Source: the human T2T-CHM13v2.0 reference genome, Homo sapiens
Direction: 5' to 3' (one strand)
DNA: 64,000 nt
Assembly (NCBI RefSeq): GCF_009914755.1
Contig: NC_060925.1
The translations under genes and the position numbers were made by a program. Each line of letters starts with the position of its first letter. Positions within the stretch are counted from its first letter, which is position 1. Below the pieces are notes generated by a model, which saw nothing but the letters and a program-made list of their open reading frames with translations, searched no databases and had not been told where the DNA came from. Of the stretch, positions 1 through 15,100 are shown one piece after another.

Positions 1-260
1 CCAAGAAAGAATGATGTAAGCTCCACATGTGGTATTTTTTTTTTAACTCTACCCTATATATTAATACTTCTTCCTCTGGCTGATTTAAATCGGTATCCAT
101 GTAATAAAATCGGTATTCCATGTAATAAAATACAACTGTTAAGTATAACAGCATTCAGTGAGTTCTGTGAGTCTTGCAAATTATCAAAACTAAGAGGTGG
201 TTTTGGGAACCCCTCGAACTTCCAATTGGTGTCAGAACTTGGAGTGGTCTAACTGGAAGG
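1..260 (+). mobile_element. 3' part of a MER21-like LTR
   Basis: AATAAA followed by gtgagttctgtgagtc...gggaacccctcgaacttccaattggtgtcagaa, typical of MER21 ends. Confidence 0.6.
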
Positions 261-422
261 TTTCCTCTAAAACTCTGTAGTTGCCCCAAATTCCTTGTAG
301 TTACTGAAATACCAACTGAACTGTAATATAGTAACTATATTTATATTTAAAAATTCCTAATTGTGCACATCCTGAGTTCACCTATACTCTAGTGTAACAG
401 TTTTTAACTATATTTTTAACTA

Positions 423-518
423 TAGATGGTCCCTAACTTACAATGGTTCAAATTATGATTCTTCAACTTTATGATGGGCTTACTGGAACATAGCCCACTG
501 TAAGTCGAGGAGCATCCA
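423..518. mobile_element. MER47C-like Tigger MITE
   Basis: ~96 bp with inverted ends agatggtccctaacttac / gtaagtcgaggagcatc and TA flanks. Confidence 0.7.
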
Positions 519-1979
519 TATAACATTACCTATTCTTTAATAGTTTCACAATACTATAAAAATAGTTCCTCCATTAGCAATATGAAAAATTCCAATTTTG
601 AAATGTGACTCAGGCCTGTAAGAGACTGAGAGAATTTTGAGTAAGCCTTAGGCCTCAAAATATTTCTATCTCATTGTAAAAGTAATGATTTTACACATTC
701 CAAGAGGATAACTGCCAAATCATACCCACAAATCTAAGCTGAAAGAGAAGAAATCAGCGCAAAGCTCTGGTATAGGCAAAGCACATACCAATCCTTCATG
801 AAATTCTTATGGGATAACAGATGAAAAACTCTCTAGATATGAATTATGTGGTATTTCCCCCCCAACAAATTCTATTAAAATAGGATTGCTCTATTTCCTA
901 TATCGGTACACTTTACTCAACCACATTATATAAAATATTATCAACATTAAAGAGATGAGGTTAATAAAAGCTGTAATCAAAAATCTTGACTATGAAACTA
1001 CATGAGATAAAAAGAGTTATGAAGAAAACCATAAATAAGTTAACTGGTTTTTCATTTTAGTTTTTTGGACTAGGGTAAAGAAAAATTACTTTAAAAATAC
1101 ATTCCATCCTAAGAATCTATTCAATCCAGTATTTAAGATTTAAAACAAAGATAGGAAAGCACGTATATTCCACTAAGTTTCACTAAGTTTCATGTAACCT
1201 GCTTGCCCTCAGGGAGAGATTCTACGCAACAGAAAGCTGGTGTGCCTCAAGCATATGACTCGACTTCTGTTCATTATTTCTCCTTGGTTTGGGGTCTTCA
1301 TTTTAAAATATAATTTCCATTTTGTGATTCTTTATTCCTTTTTATATTCTGCCATTGATTTATTGCATGCATTCTTATTTCTAATTATCTAAATTCATTA
1401 TGGAACACAGTGAAGATGAAAGGAATAAATAACTAGATAAATAATTTGATTATCAGGAAATATATTTTCGTGTACATTCCATGCAATCATGACTGATATA
1501 ACCCCTTTTGGAACTTATATAGAATTCATGGTCTAAATTCCAGATATAACAGCAACTGTTCCTAAAATATGACTTGACAACTGTAGTGCTGTGTTGCAGC
1601 AACCTATTAACCAACACCCAGAAAGAAGCCCTTGAAACCACAAGGCTGCAGGTCTAGATGAAGAAAACCTCCAGAGAGACATCATAAAATATATCCACTG
1701 AGTACAATAGAAAAAAAGTCATAGTCTATGCCTCTGCAAACTTGAAGTCTAATTTAAATATATATATATATAAATAAATAACTGGATAATGGGTAGTATC
1801 CTATACTTTAACACAGCATATGATAAACTACCAAGTAATCATTCATTACATGTACTGTTCATATTTTCAGTTCATCTCCAAGGCACTGAGGCTGGTACAG
1901 GTACATTATGCACTCATTAAAACTCATTAATACAGGCACATCTGATGAGTTTCTATTTCTTTCTATTATTATCCCTATT

Positions 1980-3300
1980 AAATTTGAAATTTTCCCATCT
2001 TACGCCACTAGTAACCTTTCCAATTTGACTCCTGTATCCTTCAAACATGACCCTAAAAGTCTTTGAAAGCTTATTTGCTATTTGGCATGACAAGACATAC
2101 AGGGCTCATCTTGTACACTTCCTATCTAGATCTTGAGTCAGCAATTTCTCCAAGTAGCCTGTTTTCCCTGCAGTAGGAAATCGTATGTGAGGACGATAAT
2201 CTGTCAATAGGGATGCTCACTGCTACGTGCTGGTCACTGTTTCTAGTTATTTTCACCACACAGAGCTGTATGTATGGTGTACTGGGTGTGTGTATGAAAT
2301 ACTGCAGAAGTTCATACTGACATAAAGTGCAGTGGTGCGATCTTGGCTCACTGCAACCTCCGCCTCCCAGGTTCAAGCGATTCTTGGGCCTCAGCTCCTT
2401 GAGTAGCTGGGATTACAGGCGTGTGATACCATACCGGGCTAATTTTTGTATCTGTAGTAGAGACAGGGTTTCACCATGTTAGCCAGGCTGGTCTCGAATT
2501 CCTGATCTTAAGTGATCTGCCCGCCTTGGCCTCTCAAAGTGCTAATATTACAGGTGTGAGCCACCATGCCCAGCCCACAATGATATCTTCAATTCAAATT
2601 CACGACATTAGGGTTTTTAATGATCTCTTCCAGATTACATCAGCATCTCCTTTCTTCTACACCAAGAATTCTGATTCTTAACATAAGGGATAAAATTAGA
2701 ATACTCCATAATCATTCTGTTTCATTTCACGTTATAAACACAACAATGTCAAAATAACAGTAACTATACTGTCACCACTAATTTGATTACTGCAAACAGT
2801 TTGAAAAAAATTTTATATAAATTCTCCCAATTATCACTACCTACTTTTACAGTTATACTACATGCTCATGCCACAGCATATAGCCATTAATCCTGTGCTC
2901 ACTCCTTTTAACTTTTTTCTGCTTTAGTTCTACAACTGACTATTTAATGAGCAATACCAGTCCTTATACTGATATCTCTATAGCCATGTTAGTCATCTGA
3001 AGCTCATTTTCTAGTAGGTTATACTAGAAAATGTATACTATACTAACTAGTATATATTATTACACTATACTAACTAGATTAGTATCTTCTTCAAGAGGAA
3101 TTCATGGAAACAACATTCCTAAAATTCTTGTATTTGATAACATTTGTACATGCCTTTTATACCTGAAAGTCTGTTTTGTTCACATTTTCTTTTCTAGGGT
3201 ATTATAAATCTTTATCATAAAGCTTCATCACTGGGAAGTCTAATGATAAAGTAGTTTTCTCTCCCCTCTAATCCACTGGCTCTTTATGCCCCCTACTTTT
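1980..3300 (-). mobile_element. L1MC4/5-like ancient L1 3' region, interrupted by an Alu
   Basis: gacaagacatacagggctcatcttgtacacttcc...gttcatactga|tatcttcaattcaaattc, typical of L1MC antisense. Confidence 0.6.
2326..2575 (-). mobile_element. AluS lacking its 3' end and poly(A) tail
   Basis: Alu antisense starts abruptly at agtgcagtggtgcgatc with no T-run. Confidence 0.9.
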
Positions 3301-3539
3301 TTTTTTAACTTTAAAGGTAAATAATTATTCTAGAATTTGTTTATGCCCTACCTCTCTCGATTATCTCATAGCTGTCATATACATTATGTATTCATTCAAT
3401 ATCCCACAAAAACAACTTTTACTTTAAAGCCATATATTTTAAAGATGTAAGAAAAAAAAATATATATATATATACAGTATTTCATATACACTGAGATATT
3501 TACTAATTATTATTCTCTTTCTTCTTTCCTAAAAATCCA

Positions 3540-4465
3540 GGTTGCCTTCTGCTATCTTTGCCCTACATTCTGAAGTGCTTTTTTCAGCATTTCTTGTAAG
3601 GAAGGCCTGAAGCAATGAATTCTTTTGGGTTACCTTTATCTGAAAATGTCTCCCCCTCACCCCCACTTCATTACTGAAGAAAATATCCCCAGATACAGAA
3701 TACTGCATTGATAGTTTTCTTCCTCTCAATACTCTGAAGATGTTAATTACCTTTTAGCCCCCGTGGTCTTGATGAGAAATCTGAGATCATTCCATTTTTT
3801 TTTCCCTGTATGTGATATACTGTTTTCCTCTGGTGCTTTCAAGACTTTTTCTCTATCCATTGTATTCTGTACTTTGATTTTGATGAGCTAGGTGTGGTTT
3901 TCCCAGAATTTATGTTGTTTTGGGTTTACTGCAATTTTCTTCCGTGGGGTGGACGGCAGGGGAGGGTTCTGGTGCAATTCTAAAAGAGCTGTAACACTAT
4001 GCAATTTTTTATTCTACAAATTCATGTATTTCTCCAAACATGGGAAGTTTGGAGCTATTATTCTTTTCTGTCCTATTGTCTCTATTCTCACTACCTGGAA
4101 CTCCAATTACTTGCATGTTACACCTTTTCATTCCTGAGAATCTGCTCATTTTTTCAATCTTTTTGTCTGTTTTTCATGGGATAATTTTTATTGATCTATA
4201 TCCAAATTGAATTTGAATATACTTTATTCCTATGTAATCTCCTTTGTCCTCTCAAAGACATTTAGTTTTTTTTTCCAATACTGTATTTTTCCGTCCTAAA
4301 ATTTCCATTTGTTTCTTTTATAGTTTTTATTTTATTGCTGAGATACTTCTATCATGTCTTTCACCTGGAAGAAAACAAATGTGTTTTTCTTGAGTTCATG
4401 GAACATATTTAAACTAAATGCTTTAAAGTCTTTGTCCAATAATTCTCATACGTGGATCATCTTGA
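3540..4465 (-). mobile_element. Ancient L1M fragment
   Basis: T-rich L1 antisense motifs (cagcatttcttgtaagg...tctgaaaatgtc). Continues at about 5166-5330. Confidence 0.55.
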
Positions 4466-4470
4466 GTTGC

Positions 4471-5160
<690 letters not shown>

Positions 5161-5339
5161 GTTGCCATTAGTTGTTTTTTCTCTTGAGACTAAATCATAA
5201 TTTCCTGATAGACTGAGTAATTTTGGACTGCACTGTGTATGCTATGAGCATGTACACTTTTGGTTCTTTCTCAAAACTCTGGAAAATGTTGGTGTCTTAG
5301 TCTTACCAGGCAGTCTACCTGGTTGAGATCATATGTCCT

Positions 5340-5670
5340 GACATATCCTACAACATGACTGAATCTTGAAAACATTATGCTAAGTGAAAAAAGCCACTCA
5401 GAAAACCGCGTGTTATATGATTTCATTTATAGGCAATGTCTGGAATAGGCAAATCTACAGAGATAGAAGGTAGACTAATGGTTGCTTAAGGCTGGGGAAA
5501 TAGGGAAACAGGGTGTAGAGACTTAAGGTATAGAGTAGAGTGTCTTTCTGAAATGATGAAAATATTCTAAAATAGATCATAGTAATGGTTGCAAATATCT
5601 GTGAATATACCAAAAACCACTGTACACATTAATGAGTGGACTGTATGGTATATGAATTTATCTCAAGCTA
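5340..5670 (+). mobile_element. L1MB-like 3' end
   Basis: aacattatgctaagtgaaaaaagcc...ggtatatgaatttatctcaa. Confidence 0.7.
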
Positions 5671-5676
5671 TTTTAA

Positions 5677-5999
<323 letters not shown>

Positions 6000-6248
6000 C
6001 TATTTACAATTTAATCTCACAATAATTTTTAATGAGGATCCACTGAATACCACTGGCAAGTTATACAAAAAGGTAGAGATCTTTCCTCCAAAGGGCAAAA
6101 AAGTTTGAAAAAAAAAAGTCTTAAGAAGTAGTAATATATAAATGACTACTATTAATATTAACTATCAAGGATAATATCTAGTGTTATTATGATTAAAGCT
6201 AATAAAGAAAAGTTCACCATTTTTAGATCATTTTTTAAAACTGCCTTT

Positions 6249-6553
<305 letters not shown>

Positions 6554-8789
6554 CTGCCTTTGAAGGGTTTAAAATAAAGAAGGAATTCTCAATTTTTTCC
6601 AAAAAGCTGTTAAATATTCTACTATTTCCACTAAGAACTTTTCAAAAAAAAATTAATATAAAATTTCATTTTATGAAATGACAGGTGATCTAAGAAAAGA
6701 AACTGTTATCCTCTCTAATACACAAGCTTAAAGCATTATATATTTTACAACAATAAAGATTCTCTTTAACAGACCAATACGCCAACCAGCAATGACCCTT
6801 CTCAATCAAAATGGCTTCTAATAGGGTCCTTCCAGTTTGAAGGCAAAGTGTGCAACATTGTTTAAATGGTGATATTGTAGGAAACTATACCACAAACAGA
6901 ATCAAGGTAAGATCTAAGTCACTGAAGGACACACAATATCAGTTGGTAACATTTTGGTGCCAGAAGCCAGAATCAACATTCTGACTATCTATGTAAATTA
7001 TCTACGTAGTGCTGAAAAACACCACAAAAGTTCCTCATCTTCCCATTTTTGTCATCTAAAACTGAAGCGCATGATAATCGAACATAACATTCTAATCAGA
7101 TGAAACTTAGTTTTTCTTTCTTGTTCTAGTAGGATTCTGTGTCTTAAATCATTAGCATTTTTGAAGTTATAGTTCACAATCTAAATAGCAAGTCTAGTGC
7201 TGAGTTTAAACATGGTTAGAAATAACTTGGGGCCTTTTTTTTTTTCAACCTGAAATTAGGCCTTACATTACCACAACCTATTTGGCATCAACTTTAATCA
7301 ACCTTAATCAGACATACCACATGATGCTGTTAAGTCATTAGAAATAACCTCTACTCCCAAATTTTGTATTTGAACAAAAAAATAATTGAAAAGAAAGGGT
7401 ACACCCTTAAAATGCAAACTGCCTATGCAGCAAATCAAAAACAGTAATGCTAGGATTCAAACTTTCAGCTGAAATTAAAGTGCATCTATTCACTTTACAG
7501 ATGCATAGTGCATAGATGCACAAATCTGAGTTTACAGATAATTGAAAAAAAGATATGACTGCCAAAATAGTATTTCAATTAACACAGGGAAAAAAACCCA
7601 CCATTTTGTTAAAAAGCATAAAGATGGACATATTTTCATAATATTAAGATCTTCATATTGCATTTTTCTATGTATTCAAGTGACATCTTTAACATTAAAA
7701 TAATGATAAAATATTATTTCAGAACCTCAATGGTCATTTTTTGTACATATTATTTACTTTGGTCCTCCTTCTTTAAGCTATTTCAATTTTTTGAAGTATC
7801 TTCTTCCTATGATAAACATGGCTTTTTCCAAGAGATCTTCCTGATTCACTTGTTCATCTACTATTTTCTTTTATTTTATATGGAGACGTAAAAATAGTTT
7901 TTGCAGCTTTTTGTTTTAAACCTGTTTTGGTTGTCGCTTACTCTCTATTATAACAGTTAATCTTCAAGTAGCTCCTCTAAAGAGTATTTCCTCCAGTTCT
8001 ATGGCACCTCTTACCCAAGAAAATAGCTAGAATATCAGGAAAAACTGTACAGCCTAATACGTTCATGATAAATGAATGAATTTACAAAATTAAAATTGAG
8101 ATGAACATCTGTCCAACTTGGGCACAACTATGAAGTAGAAGTATTTTCTTAAGCTTTTATCATTTCCCCAAAGACAGTAAATTGAAGGTAAAAAGTATAT
8201 TACTTACATAAAAGCAGGCAATACCCTACAGCCTTCCCTACTTCAACCTCCAACACCCAGGACACTAGCATCCACAGGAAAAACATAATAAATGTTTGCC
8301 TGAAATGTATCCATTAAGACATTAATGTAATTAAATATAAGGGGAAAATGATTACTTTTATTTTCCGTAAGACATTGTAGGTATGCTCTCAGCTATCATG
8401 ATTTTCCTCCTAACCTCTGACTGCTCCTTCTTAGTTTTCTTTATTGGCTACTCCTAATCTATCCAGTCTCTAACACCTGGAGTCCTCATGGCTCATCGGT
8501 CCTGCACTCTCTTTATTACCTACTCTGTTTCGCAAAGTGAATTCATCTTATCCCATGATTTGCATAGCATCTACATGTTAATAACACCCAAAAGTTTGAA
8601 TTACAGATCCCAGCCTTATAGCTGGTAAGAAAAATCACTTCCTTGTAGGCCAAAGAGCCTAACCAAATTTGGCAATCTTGAGGAACTCACCAAATTTATA
8701 TGCACTGCAGGTGAAATATAAGGTACAGAATTTCTTGGGCTTGGTTTCCAGTCTTTAGAAAAGCAAGTCATAGAGGCCCTTCCTTTTCC

Positions 8790-11150
8790 TAAAAATTTTT
8801 ATTTTGAAATAATAGGCTCACAGGAAATTGAAAAATAGTTCAATGAATCCCTTGTACTCTTCCACCAGCTTCCCCCAATGGTAACATATGATAACTGTAG
8901 CACAATATAAAACAAAAAAATTGACAATGGTACATTAGTGTTAGACTAGACCTTATTTCAGTTTTCACCCTCTGATAATTAATATTAGGTGTCAGTGTGA
9001 CTGGATTGAAGGATGCCTAATTGGCTGGTAAAGTATTGTATCTGGGTGTGTTTGTGACAGTGTTACCAGAGGAAACTGACATTTGAGTCAACGGACTGAA
9101 AGAGGAAGACCCACCCTCAATGTGGGCAAGCAGGTGTTAGAAGGTGGGATAATTCTGCTTGCTGAGTCTTCTGGCTCTTTCTTCTTCCAGTGCATGAAGC
9201 TTGCTTCCGCTTTCCCTGCCCTGGGACATCAGACTCCAGGTTCACCAGCCTTTGGACTTGCACCAGCAGCTTCCCGGGGAATCTCAGGACTTCAGCCACA
9301 GACTGAAGGCTGCCATGTCGGCTTCCCTGGTTTTCCGGCTTTCAAACTCGGACTGAGCCATTACTGGCTTCTCTCTTTCCCCAGCTTGCAGATATCCTAT
9401 CATAGGACTTCACCTTGTAATCGTGTCAGTTAATTCTCCCTAACTGACTCCCTTTTATATATACATATATCCTACTGGTTCTGTCTCTCTGGAGAAGCCT
9501 AGTACATGCCATTTTAAAAATGTACATGTGTGTACATGTATAGTTCTGTGCAATTTTATCTTGTGTATAGATTCATGTAACTACCACCACAATCACAATA
9601 TATAACTGTTCCATTATCACAAAAGAACTCCCTCACACTGACTGCCTCTTTGTATTTCTACTTACTCCCCCATTCATTTTCCCCAGGCCCTGTCCCCTGG
9701 AAATTATTCATCTGTTCTCTATCTCTGTAATTTTGTCATTCAAGAATGTTATATAAATGGAAACATACAGTATGTAACATTTTGAGATTTAATTCTTCTC
9801 ACAAAGCATAACACCCTTGAGGCCCCTCCGGGTTATTGTATATATCAGAAGTTCATTCCTTTTTATTGTTCAGTAGTACTCCACTGCATGGATATACCAG
9901 TTTTGTTAACTATTCACCCACTGAAGGATACCTGTGTTGTTTCCGGTATTCTGCTATTACAAATAAAGCCTCTATGAACACACAAGTACAGATTTTTCTG
10001 TGAATATAAATCTTGACTTGTCTGGGATAAATGCTCAAGAATGTAACTGACAGGTCAGATCATGTTACATGCTTAACTTCTTTTAAAAAATGTCCAACTG
10101 TCTTCCAAAGTAGCTGTGCCATTTTCTATTTCTACCAGCAACATGTAAGAGATCCACTTTCTCCATATCCTTGCTAGCATTTAGTATTAGCTACTTTTTA
10201 TTTTAACTGTTCAAACAGGTGGGTAATAATATCTCATTATGGTTTTAACTGGCATTTTCATAAAATTCAATATCAGTATATTGAACATCTTTTCATGTGC
10301 TTACTTGCCATCTCTATCTCCTCTTGGGTGAAATGTCTATTGTCTTTTCCCTATTTTGTAATTAGATTGCTTGGGCTTTTTAATTGTATTTTGAGAGTTC
10401 TTTATATAGTCTAGATATAAAACCTTTGTAAGGTATGTTGACAACTATTTTCTCCCACTTTGTAGCTTGTCTTTTTATAGTCTTACCAGGGTCTTTCATT
10501 GAGCACATAATTTTAATTTTAATGAAGTCCCATTTATTCATTTTTATTGATTTTTTTTGTCATATCTAAAAACTCCTTACCAAGCCCTAGATCCAGAAAA
10601 TGTTCTCCAATATTTTCTTCCAACAGTTTTATAGTTTTATGTTGTACATTTAAATCCATGACCCATTTTGAATTAATTTTTGTATTTATGAGAGCTTTGG
10701 GGAAGTTATTTGGGGTTTTTTTTTTGGTCTCTTATTTGAGCACCATTTGTTCAAGATTATTTTTGCTTTTGCACCTTTCTCAAAATCAGTTGAAAATACC
10801 TCTGTTAGCCTACATCTGGGCTTGCTAATGTCGTCCAATGATCTGTGTGTTTATTACATCGCAATTATCTCATGGTCCTGCTTAAGGTGGCAATATAGCA
10901 TGGCTTAATATCTGGTAGAGTGATTCTTTCCACTTTATTCTCCTTTTTCAAAATCTGTTTAACTACTCCAGTTCTATTGCCTTTCCATATAAAATTTAAA
11001 ATAAGCTTGTCTCTATCTAAAGGAATCTTGCTAGGATTTTGAGAGACTGCAATAAACCTATAGATTTGCCACCTCATGAAAGAACATGAAAAAAAAATAA
11101 AGAATAAAGACTAAGTCTGTAGATCAATTTGGGAAGAACTGACATCTTTA
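8790..11150 (-). mobile_element. L1MC-like ancient L1 3' region, interrupted by an MLT2 LTR
   Basis: ccagcttcccccaatggtaacat...tagatcaatttgggaagaactgacatc L1 antisense motifs. Confidence 0.7.
8973..9506 (+). mobile_element. MLT2B-like (ERVL) solo LTR
   Basis: ggtgtcagtgtgactggattgaaggatgccta...ggaagacccaccctcaatgtgggc...ggttctgtctctctggagaagcctagtaca. Confidence 0.85.
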
Positions 11151-11522
11151 ATGCTTAAAGCATTTCAAATCTACTAGCCACTCATTATTTCTACTTCCTC
11201 CAAACAATATGCACCAGTATTATTAGCTGCTCTACTAATACCATTTTTCTTCACTCCTCAATACCACTGCATCATTTCCCTGCCTCCTTCAAAAGGGAGA
11301 AGGCTACTGGGGTAATTCTCAGTAGAAAATAATAGTAATAGCCCCTTTGAGTGTTTATCTTTATAACATCATACCGTTCTTAGGTTTCTCAATAAAATAA
11401 CAAGCTGTTATTTTTCCAGCTAGTCATTTAACACTTTAATTAGCATCTTTGGAAATCTTTTCATCTTTACAAGAAATTTTTTTTTTTAAAAAAACAAAGT
11501 TCTTGGTTGCTGTACCCTCAAT

Positions 11523-12143
11523 TGAGGTAGGAGTTATTAAGAAATTATTTTAGGCACATAGGAAAAAAAGGGGTCCTTGGAAGATTTTTCGCAGCTCTTA
11601 TCTAGAATGAAAGCCTTGGGTCTTAGACCCGGGCTGGCAACCTTTGATATGCAAATGTTAGCCATTAGAAACTGGGTCCACCTAACATGGCGATTCCCAC
11701 CGTTGTCCTCTTGCCCTTGCCCCCACATGTGCCTGGCAGTATGGCTGCCCCTACATATCCCCACGTGTTTGGAACATCATGGTGCCCCGCATTTGCATAT
11801 TAAAAAGAGAGGGTGGGAGGGCCAGTTTTTTCGCCGGCTACGTGAATGACATGCCTGGTCAAACCAATGCCCTGAGCTCTATGCAAATCAGACACTGCCT
11901 CCTCCAGCCTTCCAGTATAGCTGGTTGATACTACCTGAAAGTGGGGTTCTGTCTCTTGGCTTTGGAGCCCCCCTCCCTCTGTCTCTGTAGAGGGGAGCTT
12001 TTTCTTTCTTTCCTCCCCCTTCTCTCTTGCCTATTAAACTCCCTGCTCCTTAAAACTACTCCACGTGTGTCCGTGTCGTTTTTTTTTCTAATTCAACTTA
12101 AGAGGAAGAATCTGGTGTTCCTCCACTCATCGGAGCCGTATCA
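11523..12143 (+). mobile_element. ERV1 solo LTR, LTR9-family-like
   Basis: TG...CA termini, 4-bp TSD caat (11519-11522 / 12144-12147), ATTAAA near 12033 and octamer motifs. Family name from recalled consensus. Confidence 0.8.
11642..11888 (+). promoter_or_regulatory. Cluster of three POU octamers, one in a SOX-OCT-like composite
   Basis: CTTTGATATGCAAAT at 11642-11656, ATTTGCAT at 11791-11798, ATGCAAAT at 11881-11888. Confidence 0.5.
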
Positions 12144-12191
12144 CAATGATAAAACATGTTGTTTTGAAATCTAAGTTTTAAAAGATTATGG

Positions 12192-15100
12192 GGAGACTTC
12201 CACTTCCAGTATGTAAGGAGTCCAGAAGTCACCACAGCATCCTAACAAAAAGTAAAAACCTGAACAAACTGAAAAATCAACAACTCTTCTTAGATATGTA
12301 AGAGAAGTAAGGTCACAGGGCAAACTGTTGTCCCCAAATTGGACAGACAGGTGGCTATGGAGAATCACAACTTGGCAGTTTAAAAACCCACAGCAGAAAC
12401 CTTGCAGAGAACCAGTGCCTGGTTAGGAAAACCTAAACTGTGACTGAAGAATTGCTGGAGGTTCAGTGTGGACAAGCCTGAAAGATTAAAAACTCCAAAG
12501 GCAGCCCAGTCATAGGGAGGCCGCACATTTATTTTTGAGTTTTACCACTAAGAGCTCAACCAGGTCCTCATAGTGAATACCAGAGAAACATACCCTCATG
12601 CTTCCAACAGAGGGAGGAGAAAAGAGAATATCTGCTGCATTCTGAAATATGCCAGAGTATTCTCTTCTTAAGAAGGCCTGCCCTCAGGAGAAACTATTTT
12701 AACAGAGCCTAATCTGTTTGGAATTTTTCAGAGCCTAACCTGCTGGGGTATTATCAGAGACTAACCTACCAGAAGGAGGGGCAATACCCAAGTCTGGCAC
12801 CTTCTAGCCATCCTGTCCCAACTAAGCAGGAAGGCAGGAAGGGAGGTACAGAGGTGGCAGGGGTACTGAGAAGCTGAGAAGCCCTGGTGTTCACTGTGCA
12901 GTCTCAAAGCCTCACTAAAGATTGGGACCTAATCATAGGACCACAGAATGGCCCCTTACCAACACATACATGCACACACACGCCCCTTGCCACTACATCA
13001 CTCAAGGCCCACTTACTGCAATTCCTTTTGCCCAATACATTGAGAAAAGAAAAAGAGCTCAAAGCAGTCTGAGCTATGTGAGGCATGCAAAATTTAGTAG
13101 GCCCAGAGAGACATGAGTATGGGACTTCAGTCACTGGCCCCTCAAACCCAGGGGCAATTGTTTGAAGGCATTTTACTGGCTACCTGTCTCACCCATCGTC
13201 TTCTCGTTCCTGGAGTTTGTGATACAAAGAACGAATGTATAGCTAACCAAGAGCTTCTGATATTTTAATGTAAATTCTTGGTAACAACTTAGGAACTGCC
13301 TTTTCTTTTTTCCTTAAAAACCCACTTGTAACACTGCTAATCAGAATGTATATTCAAGGCAAATAGAATCTATGCTCTCTGGTAGCCATCCTCAAGCTTT
13401 GGGCTCAAAGTCTATACTTATTTTCTAATCTTGTTATTTAAGGTTAACAACATCATATCTGTCTTTCAACAAAAAATTACAAGGCATACTAAAAATGGGA
13501 CAGAGACTGGACAGACATCAGAATGAGAGTCAGATATGGCAACAATGTTGCAATTATCAGACCAGGAATTTTAAAAACTATTATTAATATGTTAAAGATT
13601 TTATGGTTAAAGTAGGCAACACTCAAGAACAGATAAATAAGATGGAAAGTCTAAGAAAGAATCAGAAATGCTAGAGATCAAAAACACTAACAGAAATAAA
13701 TAATATTTTTGATGAGCTCATTAGTACACTAGACACCACTTAGAAAAGAATCTCTGAGCTTGAGAATATAATAGAAACTTCAAAATGAAAAAAGCAAAGA
13801 GAAGACTGGAAAAAAAAAAAACAGAACAGAATATCCAAGAACTGTGGGATTACTACAAAAGGTATAAGTTACATGTAATGGGAATACCAGAAGGAAATGG
13901 AATGAAGCAATAATGTCTGATAATTCCCCAAAATTTTCCTACATCAAACCACAGAGCCAAGAAATTCAAAAAATATCAAGAAGGATAAATGGCACCCCCC
14001 CACCCGCCCCCCCCAAAAAAAAAAAACTATACCTAGGCACACCATTTTCAAACTACAGAATATAAAAAAATAAAGAAAAAAACCCTGAAAGAAGCCAGAG
14101 GAAAAAAACACCTTATGCATAGAGGAACAAAGATAAGAATTATATCTGATTCCTTAAAAATCATGCAAGTAAGAAGAGAGTGAAGTGAAATATTTAAAAG
14201 AAAAAAAAAGCCTCACCAACCTATGATTTCATATACTGCAGAATTATCCTTCAAAAGTGAAAGAGAAATACATTCTCAGACAAACAAAAACTGAGGGGAT
14301 TTGTTGCCAGGAAAACTATATTTCAGGAAAAATTGAAAAGTTCTTCAAAAAGAAGAAAAATGATACAAATCAGAAACAGAACTATGTAAAGAGAGGAACA
14401 GCATCAGAGAATGAATAAGTGAAGGTAAAATAAAAACTTTTACCTTTTATTTTTAATTAGTCTAAAAGATAACAGTTTGATCAAAAGAATGCCAACAATG
14501 TACTCAAATATGAATTATTACTTATGCATGAAATAAATGACAGCAATGATACAAGGGACAAGAACAAGGAATTAGGATTATTCTGTTATTACAAGGTACT
14601 TCACTACCTATGAAGCAGTACCATGTCATTTCAAAGTGGGCTGAGATTAGTTGTAAATTTATATTGCAAACTCTAGGGTAACCATTAAGAAAAGTTAAAA
14701 AATAGAAGTATAATTGAAATGCTAAAAAGAGAGAGAGGGAAAAAAAAAAGCAATCATATAAAATGCAGCTTCATTCACAATTCCCAAAACTTAGAAGCAA
14801 CCAAGATGTCCTTAAGTAGGTAAATGGAAAACTATGGTACATGCCGACAATAGAATGTTACTCACTAAAAAGAAATGAGCTATCAAACCTTAAATATTGC
14901 TAAGCGAGAGAAGCCAATCTGAAAAGTCTATAAACTGTACGATTCCAACTATATGATATTCTGGAAAAGGCAAACCTATGAGACAGTAAAAAGATCAGTC
15001 ATGTCCAGGGGTTAGCGGGAAGGGAGGAATAAAGAGGTGGAACACAGAGCATTTTTAGGGCAGTGAAATTATTCCGCATAATACTATTATGGCGGATACA

